Shown: positions 11,901 to 24,112 of the stretch, piece by piece
Layout: every line of letters starts with the position of its first letter
Numbering within the stretch: the stretch's first letter is position 1
Origin: Trichoplax adhaerens
Lineage: Eukaryota > Animalia > Placozoa
DNA length: 64,000 bases
Assembly: GCF_000150275.1 (NCBI RefSeq)
Contig: NW_002060944.1
Location: forward strand, 3,138,152 to 3,202,151
Direction of reading: 5' to 3'
Notes under the pieces: generated by a model
Told to the model about the DNA's origin: nothing
Seen by the model: only the letters and a program-made list of their open reading frames with translations
Database searches by the model: none
Translations under genes and position numbers: made by a program

Positions 11901-12869
11901 ATTTATTATTTAAATGCTACAACAGATATTCTAATCAGTCATTAACTGACATACAGTACAGCATTCGACAAGTAAGTTAATGGACATTTTGCATTTTATT
12001 TTGGCCGAAAGACCAAATGATTCTAGAATGTGGACTGCACTTGGCGATATTAATATAACAATTAATAAATTGGACGATGCAAAGCGGGTAAATTATGTTA
12101 AAGAAGGGTTTAATAAATCTATTCGCAAAAATGGTAATATTAATCAACTCATATTTCCCTTCTTGATGCATCATGTCATGCGGTAGTGCTTTTTAAGAGC
12201 ATTGTCTGTAGGTGTAGTGGTAGGGGACACGTGCTTAAAGTTAGCCAGGTTAGTGCGTATTCAGTCATAAAATTGGTAATAAAGCTTTCCATAGAGTTGC
12301 TTACCTGTAAAGGTTTCACATTTGTAGATTAATGGAAAAGTCAGGAGACGAAAGTGGAGCAGAAGTATATTTCTTACGCTTCATCGAAATTAGTACTTCT
12401 TCTGTAGCTGTAAGTGTTACGAATAGGTGACGTGAATTTAATGAGTAATATCAAGTATGAGGCTGTAGTTTACAAGTGTGATGCTGTATATTACATTTAA
12501 AGGGGGCTCAAGGAAAAGATACGTATCTTTGCCATCGATACTTAGCAAATTACTACCTAAAAAAGGCAAACTATGATTCAGCGTTATACCATGCCCAAAA
12601 GTGCTGTGAATTCACGGAGGTATTGATAAAGTACTGTTGTATGATATATTCTATGCGAGATATTGCAAGGTAGAATTCTTGTTCTTTACTGTTCTTTTTA
12701 GACGTGTGAGGAGGGAAAATCAGTCCTGCTTCAATTGTCTAGATTAGCACCAACCGCCAAGCCAGTTAGTAACTGGAACAATGTATCAAATCTAGATGAA
12801 GATTATCAGAATCAATCCTCAGTTATGAACTTAACTGATATTGGCGAAGATTCCATGGCTTTACCGTAA
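8959..12869 (+). CDS. CDC23: Cell division cycle 23 / anaphase-promoting complex subunit 8 (TPR protein), 15 exons: 8959-9044, 9156-9369, 9541-9583, 9715-9805, 9928-10060, 10195-10372, 10609-10706, 10807-10888, 11519-11683, 11773-11881, 12012-12087, 12187-12248, 12328-12409, 12503-12619, 12702-12869
   Basis: The spliced frame is continuous with GT-AG introns. Hallmark segments: '[13 protein letters not shown]', '[14 protein letters not shown]', '[11 protein letters not shown]', 'GNYYSL..QH.KA..YFQRAL.LNP.Y...[21 protein letters not shown]', '[25 protein letters not shown]', '[11 protein letters not shown]'. Confidence 0.96.
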
Positions 12870-15800
12870 TTTAGAAGTCAAAATTAGTTACTTTATGTAT
12901 GTAAAAGCAATACTAGCAAAATACCGGAAATATTAGTTTAATATGCAGTTATATTAAATGGTGCCCAGCGATCGATGCGTTCTATAATCGTTATAAAAAT
13001 ACGTACATACTACACCTACGTACTATTTCAGTTACTACTTTAAGATGGCTTTGTTGATTCGCGCCTAGCGTTAACATTATGTCATTCGCATTTTCTGTAA
13101 AAGCAGTAATCAAGTTAGCGTTTCATATTTTATATATTAGGTGGCTGAGATCTTGGTCATAGTTGTATGCATATTCTTTTAATACCCTAGCTCGATATTA
13201 GATATTTATTTCTAAATGTAACCTTTAAATTATGGAACATAAGAATTTGTTGATTTATTATATTAAGGATGTGTATAAAAACTTATGTTTGACATTTAGA
13301 CTTGATGAAGATATGCATCCGCGTATCTGGGAAATTTTATTACAATCAATGGTTTAATAAAGTTACTGTAATAAATATGACTATCAGATCATACGTTTTC
13401 TAAAATCTGTGAATTTGTATATGGGAATATCTGCATTAGATTCACGGATAACAAAAATTTAAAAATTTGATGTATGCCATTGAAATATAAGTACTACTAA
13501 AAAATTTACGTTTATCAATTTCAAGGACGAGTCAGTTTTTAACGAGCATTAGGTTTTGACTGTAGGTAAGTATTTATGATATGATCTAGTATAAAGACAG
13601 ATTCATTAAAGAATAGCACCATAGTATTAGCTTTTTTATTATAAGAGGACTAATTAAAACTAGGTTGATTCTAAATTACTTGACGTTTAGGTTTATCTAT
13701 TGAAGGCCATCATGAACTTGGTCAATAATTAATTCCTACAATCGCTACGTTATAAGTGAACATCATAATCAAAATATCTAAAATCATTTTTAAGTTGACG
13801 AATTTTTCAACTGAATGCCCATTTTCTCTAATACGTTCGGCCTATCTTTTAGCGTAATCAAAGTATTGTTTTATATCAAATTGGTTTTCAGCAATGAAGC
13901 AAATGGGTATAGGCAAACTATTACGCACAGATTTTTAATTTGATATTAGCTCGTAAATAGGTGTACAACTTTCATTTGTGTACATGTGCTATCAATATTG
14001 ACAAAATCAGTCTAGTGTAAGAATTGACTATTATTGATGCTGAAATAAAATAAACTATTATTATTAAGCTATACGCCTGTGACCTCGTCTATTCTAAATG
14101 GAAATTATAGTATCTGCCAAAGGAAAAATACTAGTAATTATGCGCCTCGACTATAGCCGATGTAGTTAAATAATTTCTATGGCAGTTTCAATTTAAAAGG
14201 GCACAATAGCTGGAAGGTTTTATAATCCTCTGGGTTAAGTTATCAATATAATTGATCGGCTTACGTCTATAGCTACTCGCTTTAATTATTATATTCTCGC
14301 ATCCTCTTATAAAAAATTATTTCGTGTCTAGAATTTATAAATTCAAAATTGTTTATTATTAATTACTTACGCCCACAGAAAAATGGCTATTAAACCTTCA
14401 ATATCTTACGGAAGAATGGTATTTTTTTTATTTCGCTACCCAGCTAGTGTTGATAATCTGATTAATTTCACTCAATATCTAAACTAAAACTTTGAAATAG
14501 GCTTCATTTTTTCGATAAATTCGAAAAGCGAAGATGGAAATGGGAATTTTTCAATTCTCCATGTGAAATCCGACTCTGAATCTGCTCCGATAACCGCAAA
14601 AGCTAAATCTTTATTTGTCTTCAACACGAAAAATGCGCTGTATTTTACTCACTGTCAATAACTTCGTAGATCATAATGGAAACTTTATACTATAGACTAA
14701 CACCAATTATAATATTAATTTGTCGATTCGGCTTCGGTATTTGTATTAAATAACATAATACACTGAAGTGATTTTTCTCGATTTGACTGTTGAAAATTAA
14801 AATTTACTTTTCCCTTCTTCAAATGCAATAGCCCAAAGTATTATTAGTGCTCCTGTATATCCTTGCTAAGAAAGTCTACAGATCCTTCGTGATCGATGTA
14901 AAAAAACTGCTTTGAAATTTCTTTATTTACAGTATATTAATATATGTATAAATGATGAGATGCATTGTAAGAAGCTAAAAAACATGGAATTTTAATCCGG
15001 CATGCCACTATGTCCGATTTTAAATTAAAAGTACTACAATAATACTAAGTGATTCCATTAATACTGCAATAAGAATACTCATTAAAAAATTATCGATCTT
15101 GTCTTAAAATCAACAGATATAATAAATTGAAAATAATTAATGTTGTAATCTTTAGGTCAGCGCACAAAAATTTTGCCAAGTGTTTCTATGGCTGATTTGA
15201 CAGCTTTAATACTATACTGTTAGAACCAACTCTCAAATGTTTACTGCCTAATAGCCACTAATTAATACAGTAAATTAATCTAGAATTAATTATAGAGAGA
15301 TTTATCTTAATTAAGCCATTTTCGCCTGAAAGGAATAATAACGTACGCTGAGAATCACGAATCGTGATTAGGCCTAACTATGGCAGAAAATTGGCAGCTG
15401 CCATAGCAATTTTTGCTTTCTACTTGGTAACCTACGATGCAATTAATGCAGAAAATTTCATACTGTCTACGATAAATATGAAATCAAGATATAAACTAAG
15501 GTTATAACTGCCACCGTACTAGTAAATGTAGCGTGACGTTAATAATTCTAACTTATATTGATACAGTTGCTATTATACTGTACGTGGTACTAATACATTA
15601 TTCAAAAGGAATAAACAAGTTAAATGAATGGATGATACATCGCTCTAATTTAAATTTGAATATAATTTCATTGCAATTTTATTGATCTTGGTCAGTTTGC
15701 AATTGTTCACGATAATTACGGTTATCATAGATTAAAAGTGGAGGAAATACTAAATTAGATGCATTGTCTGGTTGTAAAGTTTGTAGGTTATTATTCATAG

Positions 15801-16149
15801 CGATAGCATTATTATGATGAACACCTTCTAATTATTATAATATGAAGTTTTTGTCTTTCTAATTTTGTGTGTGCATTGTCTGAAAATACTTAACAAATCC
15901 CTCCAATTAATGAAAATCTAATTCTAAATCTTCAAAGTACTATTAATTCATAACAATAACAGAATTGGCACAGACCATAACGGCTAGTGCAGACAGCTTC
16001 GCTAGCTATCAAATTGGCTGTGCTCGCGATTTGTTTGCTGTACAAGAACCTCAGGCTTCTAATATTGGACTCCTATTGGCAATATATGCGTAAAAACTGG
16101 TAATAACAGAACGAAATCCAAAATGATTATTTGATATTATTGTATTCTT

Positions 16150-16362
16150 CTTCTTATTATTACAATGACTAATATATGAGATTTTTAGTCTATATATATT
16201 ACGATCTCTATGAGGATTCTCAAGTCCTCGAATGAGAATAGTATTATTCTTCTTTCTATTACAATGACTCTGGGTGCATATTGATATATGAGATTTTCAG
16301 TCTCTCTATATATATTACGATCTCTATAAGGATTCTCAAGTCCGCAAATGAGAAGAGTACTG
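16150..16362 (+). repeat. Local ~100-bp tandem duplication
   Basis: ATTACAATGACT..ATATATGAGATTTT..AGTCT..TATATATTACGATCTCTAT..GGATTCTCAAGTCC..AATGAGAA occurs twice (~16158-16245, ~16258-16360). Confidence 0.8.
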
Positions 16363-17859
16363 CGTATATATCGCCAATAGAGATTTTTAGCACTTGGTGT
16401 ACTACTCTTGGGATAATTTCGAAATTTGATCGTGTCATAATAATAACATACGGTATTACATAGTTGCTAACGATCGACGTAAAATCTACTATCAAAATTG
16501 CATCTATATGCATTTATGCGATCTATTATTTTCTAATCGATTTATTGCCATTTAATTGTATGCACGGTATATGGTTTTAAATTAATAATGATATATAGAA
16601 CTGCGTGCGTTGAGCTTTTCATTATCCAAAGCACTTTCACTTGCATGATAATCTCTTTTAAATAATGTTAAGTGTTTCTTTTTTCTGACACTGATTTACT
16701 AACTATTCTTTTGGAAAGATATCGCTTATCAAAGAATCCATAGCAGCTGGACAACACATTTGGCACGTTTAGGCTATCTTCTAGAAAGTTAGAAATTCGT
16801 AAAGGTGGTCTTATACGCGATAAAGCCTAACCGTTCATGGTTCGCTAAATAGGTAATAATAACTACAAGATAGCATTATGACTTTACTTTTCACTTTTAA
16901 TATTTACTTTAACTAGGAACAATGAAGTAATAGAAAAGTACAGGCAGTATCTATGGCGGGTTTACAATAAGAGATTTTCTAGTGTAAGCGCAGTACAGAC
17001 ATTTAATTAGTTAAATATAGTAACCTACTTGGGAATCTTTCATTCAAGGCAGTAATACTGTAGTTTCATGGTTCAAAGGGATGTGCAAGTTAACTTTTAC
17101 ACGTTGACGTTAGAATTTTTACTTATACTTACGAATTTTAAGCAATAATGATTATCAAATACAAAACATTGGAATAGGATGGTAAGCATGGCAATGTAAA
17201 TTATTACATATTGTTAATTTAAAATTGGTATTCTATCATTGGTTTTTATGATAGTGATTAAGTTAGTAATAGCACCCAACAAGGTACTAAATTTGAACTA
17301 TCAGGCATCAAAGTACTCGTACTACAATATGCGTAGGAAAAATATAACGCTCTCTAAGGGGAACTTCCTGTTCTAATAGATTCATTTTAATGCTAAAAAT
17401 TTCTTTTTTTATCACCTTAATTATAGCCATTTCAGTGAACTAGTTCATATTTAAAATTGGAAATAAATAATTAATTTATTTTGAGTACATTATTCGATCT
17501 CGTACTGGATCATTGAGATCGTGATTACAACCGAGCAATTGGTAATTAAAGCCGCGATTTGCTATCTAATAAATTGCCTCCATATTCATACTGTAAAAAC
17601 AGGGATAAGTACTGTACAGTATGAAGGATTTATTTTTGGTATTGATAGGAGCAGACTTTTTAGATACATAATCATTGTCAGTTCGATTAAGTAAAATAAA
17701 TATTCGTCAATTGAATCTTCTTCCGAATAGGTAAAAGATGAAAATGATTGGGTCCGGTTTAATTTATGGTATGTTAGATGATTAAAGGAATAGTTTAGAA
17801 TTTTTTGGCATATGAAAGAATGAAGTTGATTGGTATCATTTCTTTAAATCAAAAAATAG

Positions 17860-18110
17860 CAAGTATTAGCCCTACAAGTAATAAGGTCCATCAAAGTGTC
17901 GTACTAGATACCACAGTTGGGATCGCGATCGGCTGCTCCATCGGCTTGTTAAGTCTAGTAATTTCGTTCATTTTTCTCATCCGAGAATATCGCCGACGAA
18001 TTCTCATACGTTGTATAACTTCCAATTTGTCTGAATTAAATTTGGGAAATATCCATAGTAAAGAAGAAACTCATGAAATTACTAGCATTGAAGATGATCT
18101 TCCTGACTGA
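17860..18110 (+). CDS. Probable terminal exon of a single-pass type I membrane protein (TM plus short cytoplasmic tail); upstream exons unresolved, possibly decayed
   Basis: An acceptor AAATAG| at 17859 is followed by 'TVGIAIGCSIGLLSLVISFIFLI' (TM), the stop-transfer 'REYRRR' and an acidic tail ending in a stop. Exon-like but disrupted fragments lie upstream: a signal-like stretch at ~15370-15500 and a sushi-like stretch at ~15963-16099. Confidence 0.45.
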
Positions 18111-18338
18111 AAGCAACTTTGAGAAATTGAACTCAGATTATCTGAATAGTTTATTTAGATGGACAATTGTAATTTTTAAGGAAAGAGGCAAAGGTTGCGT
18201 TTTAGAGTTTAAAAATCGAGAAAAAAGTGTAATAAACAAATGGCACGTAGTTGGCTCAGCCAGAATAATATGCTGAAGATGCTACACCTCATGTTGTTAT
18301 TTCCGTCTGCCCACGAAGTCTATAAAGCTCAATTCAAT

Positions 18339-18476
18339 TTTCTCCTCCGAAAAGACCGTTGATAAACTGCTAAATGTTGTATATCATGTAGGTCATCGCA
18401 ACTTAACTTGGACCACATCGCTGATGAAAGAAGAATTCATGAAATTAGCCCCATCGAGTATCATCATGGTGACTAA
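18339..18476 (+). pseudogene. Diverged duplicate of the cytoplasmic-tail coding segment 17973-18110
   Basis: Gap-free 138-nt colinear match: FLLRKDR**TAKCCISCRSSQLNLDHIADERRIHEISPIEYHHGD* vs FLIREYRRRILIRCITSNLSELNLGNIHSKEETHEITSIEDDLPD*. Confidence 0.75.
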
Positions 18477-19399
18477 AAGTCGTTTTTTGGATGTTGAATT
18501 TGGATTTTCGAAAGAACTAGTTATGAATAGATTTGATTTATCAAACGAACCTACTTTGAATAGAATATTCTCATTTTAAAGCCATCAGGTAGCAATAAGT
18601 GACTGTACATTGAGGCTTGCTTACTTAGGGAAAATAGTTATGAGTTTAAAGGCTGCTGATTGTGCCGAAGCTATCAATGTTGTACTTGGTCCATTACACT
18701 GAATATAAAGCGATTGTATTTTAATTGAATACTTTCCATTTTAAGAAGATATTTAATATGCGTTCCATTGGGAATGAGGGATAATTTATAGTCAATAAGC
18801 CATGTGACGTCAATACATTTTCAGCTCATTTCTTATGAATTAAAACTAGAAAAATTCATTATCAAATAATTCAATCGGCAGTGAAATAGATGAAAATTGA
18901 AAAGCTACGATCTGTTGATATTTGAAATAATAATAAAAATGTTGATGGTAATATCCAGGTCATGTATAATTCGGTATGATGTTGAATTCTACGTGTATCT
19001 TCTCATTTCAACGTTTGTGTAGTAACCTACGGTGTATTATTTTACTATACCTACAGTATAGCGTTTAAGCAGTGGCGACTGCTAATTTTTTTCTATCTCA
19101 ATGGGAATATATAAGTACACGTATCAAAGACAATTTCTTATGAGCAAGCCCGTTGCTATAAGCGTTTTGTTCTTAATAAGTGATTGCCTATGCCTGATTG
19201 TCTTTACAAAACTAGTCGTTGTCGACTTTTACTAGTGCGACCACTCAGGACTACTCACTTCTTGATTCTACAGAATCAAGGAGAATCTTGAAGTCACTGA
19301 CAACATGCATTTGAAGTTGATGATCACGAAAATGAACATCTACTATACATTCTGTTGGTGATGCATCTGGTCTGATTTGACAGTTTAGTAAACCCATGT

Positions 19400-21413
19400 G
19401 GAAACCCATACTCAATGCCAGTCAATGGATAAAATTCGAGTCATCCATTAAATAACCATATCATTATCCCCGATTGACATATGAGCATAATATTGCTTCA
19501 CGCCAGTCCATGGAGAAAAATCAGGTCATCCATGGAATAACGATATCACTGTCCAAGATTGACATCTACGTGTGAGCATGATATCACCTCATGCCAGTCC
19601 ATGGAGAAAAATCAGGTCATCCATGGAATAACGATATCACTGTCCACGATTGACATCTACGTATGAGCATGATATCGCCTCATGCCAGTCCATGGAGAAA
19701 AATCAGGTCATCCATGGAATAACGATATCACTGTCCACGATTGACATCTACGTATGAGCATGATATCACCTCATGCCAGTCCATGGAGAAAAATCAGGTC
19801 ATCCATGGAATAACGATATCACTGTCCACGATTGACATCTACGTATGAGCATGATATCACCTCATGCCAGTCCATGGAGAAAAATCAGGTCATCCATGGA
19901 ATAACGATATCACTGTCCACGATTGACATCCACGTATGAGCATGATATTACTGCATGCCAGTCAAAGGAGAAAAATCGAGTCATCCATGGAATAAGGATA
20001 TCACTGTCCACGATTGACATGAGCATGATATTACTTCATGCAAGTCAATGGAGAAAATCAGGACACCCGTGGAATAACGATATCACTGTCCACGATTGAC
20101 ATCTGCGTATGAGCATGATATCACCTCATGCAAGTCAATGGAGAAAAATCATGTCATCCATGGAATAACGATATCACTGTCCACGATTGACATCCGCGTA
20201 TGAGCATGATATTACTGCATGCCAGTCAATGGAGAAAAATCGAGTCATCCATGGAATAACGATATCCCTGTCCACGATTGACATGAGCGTATGACATGAT
20301 ATCACCTCATGCCAGTCCATGGAATAACGATATCACTGTCCACGATTGACATCTGCGTATGAGCATGATATCACCTCATGCAAGTCAATGGAGAAAAATC
20401 AGGTCATCCATGGAATAACGATATCACTGTCTACGATTGACATGAGCATGATATTACTTCATGCAAGTCAATGGAGAAAATCAGGACATTCGTGGAATAA
20501 CGATATCACTGTCTACGATTGACATGAGCATGATATTACTTCATGCAAGTCAATGGAGAAAATCAGGACATTCGTGGAATAACGATATCACTGTCCACGA
20601 TTGACATCCGCGTATGAGCATGATATCACCTCATGCAAGTCAATGGAGAAAAGTCAGGTCATCCATGGAATAAGGATATCATTATCCACGATTGACATGA
20701 GCATGATATCACCTCATGCAAGTAAAAGGAGAAAAATCAGGTCATCCATGGAATAACGATATCATTATCCACGATTGACATGAGCATGACATCACCTCAT
20801 GCAAGTCAATGGAGAAAATCAGGTCATCCATGGAATAACGATATCATTATCCACGATTGACATCCGCGTATGAGCATGATATCACTTCATGCAAGTCAAT
20901 GGAGAAAAATCAGGTCATCCATGGAATAACGATATGACTCTCCACGACTGATATCCGCGTATGCGCATGATATTACTTCATGTCAGTCAAAGGAGAAAAA
21001 TCAAGTCATCCATGGAATAACGATATGACTATCCACGATTGACATCCGCGTATGCGCATGATATTACTTCATGCCAGTCAAAGGAGAAAATCATGTCATC
21101 CATGGAATAACGATATGACTATCCACGATTGACATTTGAGCATGATATTACTTTTACGCCAGTCAAAAGGAGAAGAGCAGGGTCATCCATGGAATAACGA
21201 TATGACTATCCACGATTGATATCGCGTATGAGCGTGATATTACTTCATGCCAGTCAAAGGAGAAAATCAGGTCATCCAAGGAATAACGATGTCACTGTCC
21301 ACGATTGACATGAGCATGATATTACTTCATGCAAGTCAATGGAGCTGCATGCCATTCGATGAAGAAAAAATCAGGTCATCCATGCAATAATGATATGATT
21401 ATCCACGATTGAC
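19400..21413. repeat. Tandem satellite/minisatellite, ~91-bp unit (shorter ~82-83-bp variants), roughly 22-23 copies
   Basis: The unit CATGCCAGTCCATGGAGAAAAATCAGGTCATCCATGGAATAACGATATCACTGTCCACGATTGACATCTACGTATGAGCATGATATCACCT starts at 19590, 19681 and 19772 (period 91). It has stops in all six frames and degenerate edges. Confidence 0.97.
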
Positions 21414-21569
21414 AGACACACTTGTACAGTACTGTACATCAGTACATGTATCTTCGTTTGCTTGGCTGAATGTGTTTTAGCCGATGGGCATGTTGGGATA
21501 TCTCTCTAATCTTTCCTATAGGAAATATTTCTATTTCTATACTAACACATAATAAATGTGCATGCATGA

Positions 21570-21800
21570 CCTATGGCTGCTGGTCACGTGAATTTCTGGG
21601 GAATGTACAGTATGCATCTGACGCGTTGGTACGGTTAAGCAATCGACGCTGAGTATCTGAGTAATCGGGGTTGTTATGGCTGCGCCGGCCTACTGTACAC
21701 TGTACAGTATGACATTCCTCAGTGACACGACAGGAAGTTTCACCACAGTTTCGAGTGATACGTACAGTACCCGCATACATAGCGCGGGAAAATAGGAACT
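21570..21800. promoter_or_regulatory. CpG-rich promoter-like patch with E-box and E2F-like site
   Basis: Local GC/CpG enrichment against an AT-rich background; TCACGTGA at ~21584; GCGCGGGAAAA at ~21782; TACAGTA motifs. Confidence 0.35.
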
Positions 21801-22489
21801 GATCATGCCTGTTGGAACTGCAACACACGTATACAATAAGAGTCAAGTGACTCTTTATTGTTCATCACTGCTTACGCCAATACTATGAATTAATCAATCA
21901 ATTCTCGGTGGACGCTAGATCGCCAGAATTAGAGGCCATTCAAGGCTTTGGATATAGTGCACTGGCATGGCCTAGTTTACAGATAATATTGTACAAGTAA
22001 CTTAAAGTATAGGATCAATGATAGAATAATCCATTTTCGAAATAACAACAAGTGTTGGACGGGTTGATTCTCCAGTTGTGTGGATCGACGAAATATATCT
22101 TGAAAAATTGATGATCATTACATGTTTTTAATCGGTGAGTCAATTTACCAATTTGCAGTATAGGATGTATATTGATTGAATAGCAATAGAGTTGAAAAAG
22201 TGATTACTGTAATCGTCTGTATATACAGTAGAATGAATATTCTACTACAAGTAAAACTTGCTAGTATACTGTACAGTACATTGCAGTGCTCAACTAGCAT
22301 CGTTTCTGCAGCTTAACATTGAATAAAATATGTACAACAATTGGACGTTCATTGCCTGCATAAAACTTCCGCATGGGTTCTACACTACTGTAGAACATTC
22401 TTAACGTAAGGGGGTTTCATCACTGATATGTTGGCAGTGGCAATGCAATGAAATGGATTAACTATAATATTATTCATTTTAAGAAACTT

Positions 22490-22830
22490 ACTGTCTCGTT
22501 TGGATCATGTGAGTAGCCTAGATAATTCTCACAGCCGTCTATGGATGACTTCTACACTAGTGGTACGGTGATGGCCAAATGAAGCTTTAGATGCTTGCAA
22601 TGAGCTGATTGCACAGCATGTAAAATGGATTTACTGTCATCTTGGACTCTTGTCAGTAACTTGAGTATATTGCATTTGGCATTTTCTGCTGCACATCAAC
22701 GAGTTCAAGTTTGCATGCTTTGTGCAAACTGTCAATTCGTGGTAGCAATAACATCTGCTGTCACGAACCAAACATTTGAACATTTGAACATTTGTCCACT
22801 ATCAACAACACGCTACTTTTGCAGTTGTTG
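22490..22830 (-). pseudogene. Possible decayed ankyrin-repeat gene fragment
   Basis: Minus-strand pieces 'IDSLHKACKLELVDV' and 'AENAKCNILKLLTRVQDDSKSILHAVQSAHCKHLKL' resemble ankyrin helices, with frameshifts. A candidate first exon (MAPKPTYRTRDK...PTPK|GT) lies at 23342-23181. Confidence 0.3.
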
Positions 22831-24112
22831 ATCGGCAATATATAGAAAAAGAGCTTCCAAATTTTATATTATCTATTATATCATGGTAGCCATTCGGTTA
22901 TGATAGTTTATGTTAAGACAGTAAACATACAGTACAGTACTGTATATCAAGAACGATTTTAGTACAGCACTGGCAACATAATGCATTTCAAGCAATTTGT
23001 GCTATTCATGCTATCGCGACGTAGTTCGTATGTGTCTTGAAAGGCAAGTACGACTGCAATTGTGCTAATACGAGTACAGTATGGTAGTCAATTACTTTGA
23101 TTACTGCAGTCGGAAGAAACTTAAAATGCTACTTCTTGGTGCGATTTTAGTCAAATCAAGTTCTATAAATTGGATTTAACCTTTGGCGTTGGGAGCAAAC
23201 TAGGAATTAAGGTTGCCATTGAATGCTTCCATTGCATCAGTCGATTTGTCATCAATGAAGTTCCTTGACGCTGACGAAATTCCCCCCTAAATTTATCTCT
23301 TTCGCGCTTATCTCTGGTACGATATGTCGGTTTAGGCGCCATAATTTCACGCGCTCATTCGTTAGACAGTACTGTATGGTTTAATTTCTAGCTGTAAAAG
23401 TAATAAAATAAGAAGGGAACTACAACAAATACTCTTGCTATGCTAATCGTCGGATAATTGAACCCTAAATAATGGCAAATGTTTACGCAAGGATTCCGAA
23501 ACATTTAGAATCTCCATGTAAAAATGTAATTGTCCTTGGTATAGTATTGAAATCTACAACTACTGGATCCAAAATAAATGCCCAACATATCCTGTCACTG
23601 CACGTAATTATAGTTTACTGTACTATGATCGTGGAGATCCACCGTATTGTAAACTACTACTATACTTGGTTGAAGGCTGTTCGACGTTAGTTGCAAGGTT
23701 CAACTACGGATCGTTTAGCGTTTTTAGACGTAACTATAAATGCTATAATCATGAACGATACGAATGTTCCGTAAATGTAAATTAATAAATTATATAAATG
23801 GGTATACTGTAGTATGTACTATGCAATATGCATGAATAGTGCTGATAAAATTATAATTAATTACTGTATACGTTCATTCGTAATGTCAGAAAAAATAGAC
23901 TAAACGTTAAAGTCATGTGGAGTCGTACCTTCCTGATTCATTTCAATACATTACTATAATAGGTTTACTTGATTGTACAACTGGCTAACTATACTGTACC
24001 TAATGAGTTTCTTTTGACTACAAATATTGTAAATAGCTCTTAACTTTGCGCTGTTTACAGTTTATTAAAATGGGTTAATGTTGTGTTTTACGCTTTGTAT
24101 TTCTATAACCAG

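Noticed and set aside
19400-21413. CRISPR array or repeat-encoded protein
   Set aside because: Units are head-to-tail with no unique spacers, no cas genes are present, and the context is eukaryotic. The 91-bp period is not a multiple of 3 and all six frames contain stops.
21470-21846. ORFs 21470-21652(+) and 21571-21846(-)
   Set aside because: No recognisable protein features. Openness is explained by locally higher GC and motif repeats.
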